A stretch of DNA of 29,561 nucleotides from the IMG/VR virus record IMGVR_UViG_3300026229_000001, positions 1 through 29,561 of that record, one strand, 5' to 3'. A program made the translations under genes and the position numbers. This DNA is from a virus. Positions 1 to 8,461 of this stretch are shown here, one piece after another (the first letter of the stretch is position 1; every line of letters starts with the position of its first letter). The notes beneath the pieces are model-generated. The model worked only from the letters and a program-made list of their open reading frames with translations, was not told the DNA's origin and made no database searches.

Positions 1-127
1 CTTTGGGCCAGATTATGGCCGCTGTGCAGCCGCTGTTTGGTTTGGTTGCCGGGCTGGTGGCACGGTTGGCGCCAGTGTTCGGCCAGATTATTGGTATGGT
101 TGCCGGTTTGGCTGCCCAGTTGATGCC
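1..127. repeat. Terminal overlap of the record: bases 1-127 are identical to 29435-29561
   Basis: Read directly. Both copies spell ctttgggccagattatggcc...ggctgcccagttgatgcc. Both lie inside the tape-measure ORF in the same codon phase. The unique unit is therefore 29434 bp and the window is a circular permutation of a whole genome. Confidence 0.97.
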
Positions 128-1475
128 TGTGATTGGTATGCTGGTTGCCCGGCTGGTGCCTGTGATCACCCAGATTATTGGTGCGGTGACGCAGGTTGCT
201 GCCATGTTGTTGCCGGCGTTGATGCCGGTTATTCAGGCTGTTGTGGCTGTGATACGGCAGGTTGTTGCGGTTGTGTCGCAGCTGGTGCCGGTGTTGATGC
301 CTGTGATTCAGCAGATTTTGGGTGCTGTCATGTCTGTGCTGCCACCTATCATCGGTCTTATACGGTCGTTGATGCCTGTGATTATGGCGGTCATGCGTGT
401 GGTGGTTCAGGTTGTTGCGGTTGTGATACAGGTGGTGGCCCGTATTCTTGCGGTGGTGGCTCCGATGGTGGCTGCTGTGATCGGGTTTGTGGCCCGTATT
501 GTTGGTGCTGTCGTGTCGGCTGTGGCCCGTGTGATTGCTGCTGTTGCCCGTGTCATCGGGTGGGTTGTGGCCCATGTTGTGTCTGGTTTGGCACGTATGG
601 GTTCGGTGGTTCAGGCTGGCTGGAATCGTATTAGGGCGTTTACGTCTGCGTTTATTAACGGTTTCAAGTCGATCATTTCTGGCGGCGTGAACGCTGTTGT
701 GGGGTTTTTTGCCCGGCTGGGTTCTTCTGTTGCTTCCCATGTCCGGTCGGGGTTTAATGCGGCTCGTGGTGCTGTTTCTTCTGCGATGAATGCTATCCGG
801 AGTGTTGTGTCTTCGGTGGCGTCTGCTGTTGGCGGGTTTTTCAGTTCGATGGCTTCTCGGGTTCGGAATGGTGCTGTACGCGGGTTTAATGGTGCCCGGA
901 GTGCGGCTTCTAGTGCTATGCATGCTATGGGGTCTGCGGTGTCTAGCGGCGTGCATGGTGTGCTAGGGTTTTTCCGGAATTTGCCCGGTAATATTAGGCG
1001 TGCGCTTGGCAATATGGGGTCTTTGTTGGTGTCTGCTGGCCGTGATGTGGTGTCTGGTTTGGGTAATGGTATCCGGAATGCTATGAGTGGCCTCCTGGAT
1101 ACGGTGCGTAATATGGGTTCTCAGGTTGCTAATGCGGCGAAGTCGGTGTTGGGTATTCATTCCCCGTCGAGGGTGTTTCGTGACCAGGTTGGCCGTCAGG
1201 TTGTTGCCGGTTTGGCTGAGGGTATTACTGGTAATGCTGGTTTGGCGTTGGATGCGATGTCGGGTGTGGCTGGTCGGCTGCCTGATGCTGTTGATGCCCG
1301 GTTTGGTGTGCGATCGTCTGTGGGCTCGTTTACCCCGTATGGCAGGTATCAGAGTATGAGCGATAAGAGTGTTGTGGTGAATGTGAATGGACCCACGTAT
1401 GGGGATCCGAACGAGTTTGCGAAGCGGATTGAGCGGCAGCAGCGTGACGCTTTGAACGCGTTGGCTTACGTGTGA
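3..1475 (+). CDS. Tape measure protein, C-terminal part (continues from 28144..29434; whole protein 921 aa)
   Basis: The ORF is open at the window start and in phase with the ORF that runs off the window end. It has long hydrophobic LMPVI-type repeats and GFF/SSAM repeats. It sits after the G/T chaperones and before the minor tail genes. Stop TGA at 1473-1475. Confidence 0.93.
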   Translation: MGQIMAAVQPLFGLVAGLVARLAPVFGQIIGMVAGLAAQLMPVIGMLVARLVPVITQIIGAVTQVAAMLLPALMPVIQAVVAVIRQVVAVVSQLVPVLMPVIQQILGAVMSVLPPIIGLIRSLMPVIMAVMRVVVQVVAVVIQVVARILAVVAPMVAAVIGFVARIVGAVVSAVARVIAAVARVIGWVVAHVVSGLARMGSVVQAGWNRIRAFTSAFINGFKSIISGGVNAVVGFFARLGSSVASHVRSGFNAARGAVSSAMNAIRSVVSSVASAVGGFFSSMASRVRNGAVRGFNGARSAASSAMHAMGSAVSSGVHGVLGFFRNLPGNIRRALGNMGSLLVSAGRDVVSGLGNGIRNAMSGLLDTVRNMGSQVANAAKSVLGIHSPSRVFRDQVGRQVVAGLAEGITGNAGLALDAMSGVAGRLPDAVDARFGVRSSVGSFTPYGRYQSMSDKSVVVNVNGPTYGDPNEFAKRIERQQRDALNALAYV

Positions 1476-1490
1476 TTGGGGGTGTGGTTC

Positions 1491-2438
1491 ATGTTTATTC
1501 CTGACCCGTCTGATCGTGCCGGTTTGACTGTTACTTGGTCTATGTTGCCGTTGATTGGTAATTCTCCGGAGCGTGTGCTTCATTTGACGGATTATACGGG
1601 TGCGTCTCCTGTCATGTTGTTGAATGATTCGTTGCGCGGTTTGGGTGTCCCTGAGGTTGAGCATTTTTCTCAAACACATGTTGGGGTGCACGGCTCGGAG
1701 TGGCGCGGGTTTAATGTGAAGCCTCGCGAGGTGACGCTGCCTGTGTTGGTGTCGGGTGTTGACCCTGATCCGGCTGGCGGGTTTCGTGACGGTTTTTTGA
1801 AAGCCTATGACGAGTTGTGGTCTGCTTTTCCTCCCGGGGAGGAGGGGGAGTTGTCTGTGAAGACTCCTGCCGGTGTTGAGCGTGTGTTGAAATGTCGGTT
1901 TGATTCGGTGGATGACACGTTTACGGTGGATCCGGTGAACAGGGGCTATGCGCGCTATCTGTTGCATTTGACAGCTTATGACCCGTTTTGGTATGGGGAT
2001 GAGCAAAAGTTTCGTTTTAGTAACGCGAAGTTGCAGGATTGGTTGGGTGGCGGCCCTGTCGGCAAGGATGGCACGGCGTTTCCTGTGGTGTTGACGCCTG
2101 GTGTTGGTTCGGGTTGGGATAACCTGTCTAATAAGGGTGATGTGCCTGCGTGGCCTGTGATTCGTGTTGAGGGGCCTTTGGAGTCGTGGTCTGTGCAGAT
2201 TGATGGTTTGCGTGTGTCTTCGGATTGGCCTGTCGAGGAGTATGAGTGGATCACTATTGACACGGATCCTCGTAAACAGTCTGCATTGTTGAACGGGTTT
2301 GAGGATGTGATGGATCGTTTGACAGAGTGGGAGTTTGCCCCGATTCCGCCTGGCGGTTCTAAGAGTGTGAATATTGAGATGGTTGGTTTGGGTGCCATTG
2401 TTGTGTCGGTGCAGTACAGGTTTTTGAGGGCTTGGTGA
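1491..2438 (+). CDS. Minor tail protein (distal-tail position, first gene after the tape measure)
   Basis: The track ORF is 1476..2438. I prefer the ATG at 1491, preceded by GGGGGTG. Function is assigned by synteny only. Confidence 0.85.
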   Translation: MFIPDPSDRAGLTVTWSMLPLIGNSPERVLHLTDYTGASPVMLLNDSLRGLGVPEVEHFSQTHVGVHGSEWRGFNVKPREVTLPVLVSGVDPDPAGGFRDGFLKAYDELWSAFPPGEEGELSVKTPAGVERVLKCRFDSVDDTFTVDPVNRGYARYLLHLTAYDPFWYGDEQKFRFSNAKLQDWLGGGPVGKDGTAFPVVLTPGVGSGWDNLSNKGDVPAWPVIRVEGPLESWSVQIDGLRVSSDWPVEEYEWITIDTDPRKQSALLNGFEDVMDRLTEWEFAPIPPGGSKSVNIEMVGLGAIVVSVQYRFLRAW

Positions 2439-2445
2439 ATAGTTG

Positions 2446-3603
2446 ATGGCTGGTCTTGTTCCGCATGTAACATTGTTTACGCCTGATTATCGTCGTGTGG
2501 CGCCTATCAATTTTTTTGAGTCGTTGAAGTTGTCGTTGAAGTGGAATGGTTTGTCGACGCTGGAGTTGGTGGTGTCTGGTGATCATTCTAGGCTTGACGG
2601 GTTGACTAGGCCGGGTGCACGGCTGGTTGTTGATTATGGTGGTGGCCAGATTTTTTCTGGGCCTGTGCGTAAGGTTCATGGTGTGGGTCCGTGGCGTTCT
2701 TCGCGTGTCACGATCACGTGTGAGGATGATATTCGCCTGTTGTGGCGTATGTTGATGTGGCCTGTGAATTATCGTCCTGGTATGGTTGGTATGGAGTGGC
2801 GTGCCGACAGGGATTATGCCCACTATTCTGGTGCGGCGGAGTCGGTTGCTAAGCAGGTGTTGGGGGATAATGCTTGGCGTTTTCCGCCTGGTTTGTTTAT
2901 GAACGATGATGAGAGTCGTGGCCGCTATATTAAGGATTTTCAGGTGCGGTTTCACGTGTTTGCGGACAAGTTGTTGCCGGTGTTGTCGTGGGCTCGGATG
3001 ACTGTCACGGTGAACCAGTTTGAGAATGCGAAGTTTGATCAGCGGGGTTTGCTGTTTGATTGTGTGCCTGCTGTGACACGGAAGCATGTGTTGACTGCCG
3101 AGTCTGGTTCGATTGTGTCGTGGGAGTATGTGCGTGACGCCCCTAAGGCTACGTCTGTGGTGGTTGGTGGCCGCGGCGAGGGCAAAGATCGGCTGTTTTG
3201 CGAGGATGTTGATTCGATGGCCGAGGATGACTGGTTTGATCGTGTCGAGGTGTTTAAGGATGCCCGTAACACGGATTCTGAGCATGTGCATCTCATCGAT
3301 GAGGCTGAGCAGGCGCTGTCCGAGTTAGGGGCCACGTCGGGGTTTAAGATCGAGTTGGCGGAGTCGGATGTGTTGCGGTTTGGGCCCGGCAATCTGATGC
3401 CAGGGGATTTGATCTATGTGGATGTGGGCTCGGGGCCTATCGCGGAGATTGTTCGGCAGATTGATGTGGAGTGTGTATCGCCTGGTGACGGGTGGACGAA
3501 GGTGACACCTGTTGCGGGGGATTATGAGGATAATCCGTCGGCTTTGCTAGCACGGCGTGTGGCTGGTTTGGCTGCGGGTGTGCGGGATTTGCAAAAATTC
3601 TAG
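2446..3603 (+). CDS. Minor tail protein (second gene after the tape measure, tail-tip position)
   Basis: 385-aa ORF. ATG at 2446, 8 nt after the upstream stop. Function is assigned by synteny only. Confidence 0.85.
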   Translation: MAGLVPHVTLFTPDYRRVAPINFFESLKLSLKWNGLSTLELVVSGDHSRLDGLTRPGARLVVDYGGGQIFSGPVRKVHGVGPWRSSRVTITCEDDIRLLWRMLMWPVNYRPGMVGMEWRADRDYAHYSGAAESVAKQVLGDNAWRFPPGLFMNDDESRGRYIKDFQVRFHVFADKLLPVLSWARMTVTVNQFENAKFDQRGLLFDCVPAVTRKHVLTAESGSIVSWEYVRDAPKATSVVVGGRGEGKDRLFCEDVDSMAEDDWFDRVEVFKDARNTDSEHVHLIDEAEQALSELGATSGFKIELAESDVLRFGPGNLMPGDLIYVDVGSGPIAEIVRQIDVECVSPGDGWTKVTPVAGDYEDNPSALLARRVAGLAAGVRDLQKF

Positions 3604-3622
3604 AAAAGATTAGGGGTTTGTT

Positions 3623-4441
3623 GTGGGTATTGTGTGTAAAGGGTTTGATGGTGTGTTGACCGAGTATGATTGGGCTCAAATGTCTGGTCTGATGGGTAAT
3701 ATGCCGTCTGTGAAAGGGCCGGACGATTTTCGTGTCGGCACTACTGTTCAGGGTGCCACCGTGTTGTGTGAGGTCCTGCCGGGGCAGGCTTGGGCTCACG
3801 GGGTGATGTGCACCTCGAATAGTGTTGAGACGGTGACCGGCCAGCTTCCGGGCCCGGGGGAGACCCGATACGACTATGTGGTGTTGTCTCGGGATTGGGA
3901 GCAGAACACAGCGAAGTTGGAGATTGTTCCTGGGGGGCGTGCGGAGCGTGCCCGGGATGTGTTGCGTGCAGAGCCTGGCGTGTTTCATCAGCAGCTACTG
4001 GCTACTTTGGTGGTGTCGTCTAACGGGTTGCAGCAGCAGCTGGATAGGCGTGCTATAGCGGCTAGGGTTGCGTTTGGCGAGTCTGCTGCGTGTGATCCTA
4101 CCCCAATGGAGGGTGACCGTGTGATGGTGCCTTCGGGGGCTGTGTGGGCTAACCATGCCGGCGAGTGGATGCTGTTGTCCCCGCGTATCGAAACGGGTTC
4201 TAAGTCGATCATGTTTGGTGGTTCTGCTGTGTATGCTTACACGATCCCGTTTGAGCGGCCGTTTAGTAGTGCGCCTGTTGTGGTGGCGTCTATGGCTACG
4301 GCGGCTGGGGGCACGCAGCAGATCGATGTGAAAGCCTACAATGTGACTGCCCAAAATTTTAGTTTGGCGTTTATTACGAATGATAGTTCTAAGCCTTCTG
4401 GTGTTCCTGCGGTTGCGAATTGGATTGCTGTCGGCGTGTGA
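3623..4441 (+). CDS. Minor tail / baseplate-region protein
   Basis: 272-aa ORF with a GTG start after AGGGG. Composition matches the neighbouring late genes. No motif recognised. Confidence 0.8.
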   Translation: MGIVCKGFDGVLTEYDWAQMSGLMGNMPSVKGPDDFRVGTTVQGATVLCEVLPGQAWAHGVMCTSNSVETVTGQLPGPGETRYDYVVLSRDWEQNTAKLEIVPGGRAERARDVLRAEPGVFHQQLLATLVVSSNGLQQQLDRRAIAARVAFGESAACDPTPMEGDRVMVPSGAVWANHAGEWMLLSPRIETGSKSIMFGGSAVYAYTIPFERPFSSAPVVVASMATAAGGTQQIDVKAYNVTAQNFSLAFITNDSSKPSGVPAVANWIAVGV

Positions 4442-4482
4442 CCGGGCTGTTGTTGTGGCGGATGGTGTGATGTTGGGGGGCT

Positions 4483-4749
4483 GTGGTGTCGTGGTTTACT
4501 CCTGCACTGGTGGCCTCTATTTGTACCGCGTTGGCCACGGTTTTGGGTTCTGTTCAGGCTGTCACGTCTAAATCTCGGAGGCGTTTGCGGCGGCTGTCGG
4601 CGCAGGTGGATGCGATGGAAGAGTATACGTGGGGTGTGCGGCGTGAGGTGCGAAGGTTTAACGCCGGGCTTCCTGATGATGTGGAGCCTATGCATCTCCC
4701 TGATGTGCCCGAGTTTTTGAAAGATACTGTTGATGGTGGAGGTGAGTAG
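4483..4749 (+). CDS. Small protein with an N-terminal hydrophobic helix, in the tail-fibre region
   Basis: 88-aa ORF with a GTG start at 4483 or 4486. The helix WFTPALVASICTALATVLGSV is followed by a basic stretch. The gene is packed tightly between its neighbours. Confidence 0.65.
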   Translation: MVSWFTPALVASICTALATVLGSVQAVTSKSRRRLRRLSAQVDAMEEYTWGVRREVRRFNAGLPDDVEPMHLPDVPEFLKDTVDGGGE

Positions 4750-4751
4750 GG

Positions 4752-5558
4752 TTGAGGGAGTTGGAGGAGGAGAAGCGGCAGCGCCGCAATTTTGAGAAGG
4801 CTTCACTGGTGTTGCTGTTTTTGTCGCTTGTACTACTGGCGGTGGTTGCTGCGGGTGCTTTACGTTTCGGGGCTGTATCCTCTGAGAGGGATTCGGAGCA
4901 GGCGAGGGCCCAGTCGAATGGTACAGCCGCTAAAGGGTTGGCCAGCCGTGTGAAGCGGGTGTGTGCCCAGGGTGGTGTGGAGTCTGCGCGGCTGCACAGG
5001 TCTGGTTTGTGTGTGGATGCTGCGCGTACTGAGCGGAGTGTGCAGGGTGTGCCGGGTCCTGCCGGTGAGCGCGGCCCGCAAGGGCCTGCAGGTGCTGATG
5101 GCAAGGATGGTGTTAATGGTTCGGCTGGGCTGGTTGGCCCTGTTGGTCCGCAGGGTTCTCCCGGTTTTGATGGTGTGAAAGGTCCTGATGGTTTGCCTGG
5201 TGCTAACGGTTCGGATGGGCGTGATGGTGTTCCGGGCCTTGCAGGTGCTGATGGTGTGAATGGAGTTGACGGCGCTGATGGTCGGGATGGTTCGGCCGGT
5301 GAGCGCGGTGATGTGGGTACTTCAGGTCCTGCCGGCCCGCAAGGTGCACAGGGTGAACGGGGTGAGCGCGGCCCCGCCGGTGCGAACGGATCCGATGGTA
5401 AAGATGGTAAGGATGGCCGTTCTGTTGTGTCCGTGTACTGTTCCGGGGGCAGCCTGGTTGTGAAATATAGTGACGGTGTGGTTTCTACGATATCGGGTTC
5501 GGTGGCCTGCCAGGGTGTGAAACCGTCGCCTATAGTGACTATATCATCCCACAAATAG
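4752..5558 (+). CDS. Collagen-like tail fibre protein
   Basis: 268-aa ORF with an apparent TTG start after GGTGGAGGTGAG. It contains 41 uninterrupted Gly-X-Y triplets at nt 5046-5414, counted directly. An N-terminal hydrophobic helix (LVLLFLSLVLLAVVAAGAL) is present, and Cys residues flank the collagen block. Confidence 0.88.
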   Translation: MRELEEEKRQRRNFEKASLVLLFLSLVLLAVVAAGALRFGAVSSERDSEQARAQSNGTAAKGLASRVKRVCAQGGVESARLHRSGLCVDAARTERSVQGVPGPAGERGPQGPAGADGKDGVNGSAGLVGPVGPQGSPGFDGVKGPDGLPGANGSDGRDGVPGLAGADGVNGVDGADGRDGSAGERGDVGTSGPAGPQGAQGERGERGPAGANGSDGKDGKDGRSVVSVYCSGGSLVVKYSDGVVSTISGSVACQGVKPSPIVTISSHK

Positions 5559-5599
5559 AAAGGAGTGGCTGTGATGGTAGTGTTTGGTGGTGGTGTGTG

Positions 5600-6454
5600 G
5601 TGAGATACATTCCTGCGGCGCATCACTCGGCCGGTTCGAATAGTCCGGTGAATAGGGTTGTGATTCATGCGACGTGCCCGGATGTGGGGTTTCCGTCCGC
5701 CTCGCGTAAAGGACGGGCTGTGTCCACGGCAAACTATTTCGCTTCCCCATCGTCTGGTGGTTCGGCGCATTATGTTTGCGATATTGGGGAGACGGTGCAG
5801 TGCCTGTCTGAGTCTACTATAGGGTGGCATGCCCCGCCGAATCCGCATAGTTTGGGTATAGAGATTTGCGCGGATGGGGGTTCGCACGCCTCATTCCGTG
5901 TGCCAGGGCATGCCTATACGCGGGAGCAGTGGCTGGATCCTAGGGTGTGGCCCGCGGTAGAGAGGGCCGCTGTCCTGTGCCGGCAGTTGTGTGACAAATA
6001 TAATGTTCCGAAAAGAAAACTGTCGGCTGCCGATTTGAAGGCTGGCAGGCGTGGTGTTTGCGGCCACGTGGATGTGACGGATGCGTGGCACCAGTCGGAT
6101 CATGACGATCCTGGGCCGTGGTTTCCGTGGGACAGGTTTATGGCCGTCGTCAACGGCGGTAGTGGTAGTGAGGAGTTAACTGTGGCTGATGTGAAAGCTT
6201 TACATGATCAGATTAAACAATTGTCTGCCCAGCTTACTGGTTCGGTGAATAAGCTGCACCATGATGTTGGTGTGGTTCAACTACAGAATGGTGATTTGGG
6301 TAAACGTGTCGACGCCCTGTCATGGGTGAAGAATCCGGTAACCGGGAAGCTGTGGCGCACCAAGGATGCCCTGTGGAGCATCTGGTATTACGTGTTGGAG
6401 TGTCGTAGCCGTATTGACAGGCTGGAGTCTACTGTCAATGATTTAAAGAAGTGA
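5600..6454 (+). CDS. Endolysin, N-acetylmuramoyl-L-alanine amidase (amidase_2/PGRP-type) with a C-terminal wall-binding region
   Basis: The product begins (V)RYIPAAHHSAGSNSPVNRVVIHATC and contains ...GWHAPPNPHSLGIEIC.... From memory, this matches the C. acnes phage amidase. The start is GTG at 5597 or 5600. The gene lies directly upstream of the holin. Confidence 0.9.
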   Translation: MRYIPAAHHSAGSNSPVNRVVIHATCPDVGFPSASRKGRAVSTANYFASPSSGGSAHYVCDIGETVQCLSESTIGWHAPPNPHSLGIEICADGGSHASFRVPGHAYTREQWLDPRVWPAVERAAVLCRQLCDKYNVPKRKLSAADLKAGRRGVCGHVDVTDAWHQSDHDDPGPWFPWDRFMAVVNGGSGSEELTVADVKALHDQIKQLSAQLTGSVNKLHHDVGVVQLQNGDLGKRVDALSWVKNPVTGKLWRTKDALWSIWYYVLECRSRIDRLESTVNDLKK

Positions 6455-6460
6455 TGTGTT

Positions 6461-6862
6461 GTGGGTAAACAGTTTTGGTTGGGTTTGTTTGAGCGTGCCC
6501 TGAAAACTTTTATTCAAACGTTTGTTGCTGTGCTTGGGGTGACTGCGGGTGTGACTTATACTGCGGAGTCGTTTCGCGGTTTGCCGTGGGAGTCTGCCCT
6601 GATTACGGCCGGGGTTGCTGCGGTGCTGTCGATTGCTACCTCGTTTGGTAACCCGTCGTTTGTTGCCGGTAAACCGAAAACGACGCCTGTTGTGGATGCT
6701 GGGCTTGTTCCACCCGATGATGGGGGCATGGTTGAGCCGCACATGGTTGACGAAACGGATCCTGGCATGATAGAGCCTATCGACGATGCCGATGCTGGAG
6801 GCTATGTGCCGAGGCGTGCTGCTGAGTCGGAAGTTGGCACGGTAGAGTCTACTGTTGCATAA
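6461..6862 (+). CDS. Holin (r1t-type family by recollection)
   Basis: 133-aa ORF. It has the N-terminal motif FWLGLFERALKTFIQTFVAVLGV, a second hydrophobic segment ALITAGVAAVLSIATSF, and an acidic C-terminal tail. It follows the endolysin. Confidence 0.85.
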   Translation: MGKQFWLGLFERALKTFIQTFVAVLGVTAGVTYTAESFRGLPWESALITAGVAAVLSIATSFGNPSFVAGKPKTTPVVDAGLVPPDDGGMVEPHMVDETDPGMIEPIDDADAGGYVPRRAAESEVGTVESTVA

Positions 6863-6876
6863 GTGAATATATGTGT

Positions 6877-6932
6877 GTGCCCCAGCGGTGCTGCCACGAT
6901 CGTGTGGTGGTTGCTGCTGGGGCACTATTTTT
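6877..6932 (+). terminator. Intrinsic terminator between the convergent arms
   Basis: A 10-bp perfect stem, gtgccccagc (6877-6886) with gctggggcac (6916-6925). The internal loop can pair further. The stem is followed by tattttt (6926-6932). It lies 15 nt after the holin stop and 16 nt before the end of the last minus-strand gene. Confidence 0.7.
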
Positions 6933-6947
6933 GTGTCTACAGGGGTT

Positions 6948-7436
6948 TTACAGGTTGTCGTCTAGGGTGTCTTCGAGTGTCTGTTGTAGGAGTGCACACT
7001 CGGCGAGGGTGTCTTCAGCCTGGTCGACAATGTTTTGTTTTGCTATGCTTGGATAGTTGTCGCGGTGATTGTAGATGGCTTCCAGAATGTTGTCTGCCAT
7101 GATTTGTAGTGTTAGGGCCTGGTTGGTGATGCATTCCAGCTCGTCTAGGGCGGCCTGGCTAGCCTCCGGTTGCCGGTTGTCCGGATGTTCTGCAAGGTTG
7201 CAGTCCCACAGGATTTCTTGGCATGCATCCCTGGTGTCTGCGTCCACATCGATGTCGTCTAGGCTGACACCGTTGGCGTTGAGGCTGATGTTGTCGAGGT
7301 TGATGGGAACCAGATATTCGCTGCTGATGCTGCAGGTGATGTTTGCGAGTTCTGTCATGTTTCGTGGCTGCTGCTGTATGATGCGGCGGGCCGCGGTTTT
7401 GAGGGCTGTGACTGTTCGGTGTCTGTTACTGGGCAT
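6948..7436 (-). CDS. Hypothetical protein, strongly acidic (last gene of the leftward arm)
   Basis: I chose the ATG at 7436 (MPSNRHRTV...) because the longer track ORF would overlap the upstream gene. I counted 28 Asp/Glu and 10 Arg/Lys in 162 aa. The basic residues cluster in the first 25 aa. Confidence 0.75.
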   Translation of the reverse strand: MPSNRHRTVTALKTAARRIIQQQPRNMTELANITCSISSEYLVPINLDNISLNANGVSLDDIDVDADTRDACQEILWDCNLAEHPDNRQPEASQAALDELECITNQALTLQIMADNILEAIYNHRDNYPSIAKQNIVDQAEDTLAECALLQQTLEDTLDDNL

Positions 7437-7441
7437 CGTTT

Positions 7442-7822
7442 CTATTCTTCTTCCCCGGTGTAGCTGGTGGTGTTGGTGTACTGGGTGAGTGTGATCAGGC
7501 ACTGGTCGGCCCACTGTTTCACCGTCTGCCGTGTCACACCCAATCGTTGGGCTGCCACCGAATAGGTTTGATCATACCCGTAGACTTCCCTGAATGCGGC
7601 AAGCCGTGCTAGCCGTTTCCGCTGTTTGGATGGTTCACATGTGAGGGTGTAGTCGTCGATGGCCAGTTGTAGATCGATCATGGCTACAAGGTTGTTGCCG
7701 TGGTGTTGTGGCGCGGTTGGTGGGGGTGGCATGCCCGGTTCGACACTCGGTTTCCATGGGCCGCCGTTCCAGATCCATTGGGCGGCTTGGATGATGTCGG
7801 CTGTGGTGTAGGTTTGGTTCAC
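7442..7822 (-). CDS. DNA-binding protein with a C-terminal helix-turn-helix (sigma region-4-like)
   Basis: 126-aa ORF. The segment FREVYGYDQTYSVAAQRLGVTRQTVKQW resembles region-4 or LuxR-type HTH units. This is pattern recognition only. Confidence 0.7.
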   Translation of the reverse strand: MNQTYTTADIIQAAQWIWNGGPWKPSVEPGMPPPPTAPQHHGNNLVAMIDLQLAIDDYTLTCEPSKQRKRLARLAAFREVYGYDQTYSVAAQRLGVTRQTVKQWADQCLITLTQYTNTTSYTGEEE

Positions 7823-7825
7823 TGG

Positions 7826-8119
7826 TCACCCCTTGAACAGGTTGTCGAGGTTGTCGAGGTTGTCTGGGTTGCTGGTGTTGGTGGTGTCGAATCGTCCCAC
7901 ACAGTGGCAGTAGTCGTACATGAGTTTGATGATGTGTTGGTGGTCGCCGAGGTAGGTGTTTCCGCTGATGCTGTAGGTGGCTGTGCCGTCTTTTGCGATG
8001 GTGTATTTGGCGGTGATTGTTTCGGGTGTTTCGGTGTTGGTGATGATTGCTGTGGTGGTGGTGCCTACGGTTTGTAGCCTGGTGGTTTGGGTTCCGTCGT
8101 CGAGGATGGTAGTAACCAT
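7826..8119 (-). CDS. Hypothetical Thr-rich protein with a DNL x3 C-terminal repeat
   Basis: 97-aa ORF, tightly packed with 3-nt and 12-nt gaps to its neighbours. It contains a 9-bp tandem repeat at 7839-7865. Confidence 0.7.
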   Translation of the reverse strand: MVTTILDDGTQTTRLQTVGTTTTAIITNTETPETITAKYTIAKDGTATYSISGNTYLGDHQHIIKLMYDYCHCVGRFDTTNTSNPDNLDNLDNLFKG

Positions 8120-8131
8120 GAGGGTTGTCCT

Positions 8132-8452
8132 TTAGATGCTGGTTTGGTTGTCGGCTAGATGAATAATATCGGATAAAGGTTTCGGCTGGTCTAGGTGTTG
8201 TATGGTTTTGTTGGCTAGCCGTTTGGCTACTCTGTAGCACATTTTGGTATAGTGTTTGTTGTCTAGGTTGTGGTATTGTTCTCGCACCGCAATATATAGT
8301 AGGGAGTCTTGGTACAGGTCGTCTGCACTGATTGCGGGGTAGTGTCCGGCTGTTTTGGTGCATGCCCGGTTGAGTGTGCGAAGATGATGGTTTGTGGCCC
8401 ATCCCCACGATGCGGTGGTGGCCAGGTCTGCTTTTGTTGGTCGTCTGCTCAT
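8132..8452 (-). CDS. Hypothetical protein (weak sigma region-2-like patch)
   Basis: 106-aa ORF with ATG at 8452. The patch ISADDLYQDSLLYIAVREQ is reminiscent of sigma-70 region 2. The functional call has low confidence. Confidence 0.7.
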   Translation of the reverse strand: MSRRPTKADLATTASWGWATNHHLRTLNRACTKTAGHYPAISADDLYQDSLLYIAVREQYHNLDNKHYTKMCYRVAKRLANKTIQHLDQPKPLSDIIHLADNQTSI

Positions 8453-8461
8453 GGCACTATT

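Noticed and set aside
963-3291. Long minus-strand ORFs (963..2006, 1976..2473, 2359..3291) opposite the tail genes
   Set aside because: They are antisense to well-supported late genes. Their products are Arg/His/Thr/Pro/Gln-rich low-complexity sequence. They have no ribosome-binding sites. They are explained by the G+T-rich sense strand, which is poor in the TTA, CTA and TCA triplets that read as stop codons on the opposite strand.
4688-5887. 399-codon minus-strand ORF opposite the collagen-like gene
   Set aside because: It is an artefact of the GXY-encoding repeat, giving a Pro/Ser/Gly-rich antisense translation. It overlaps two solid plus-strand genes.
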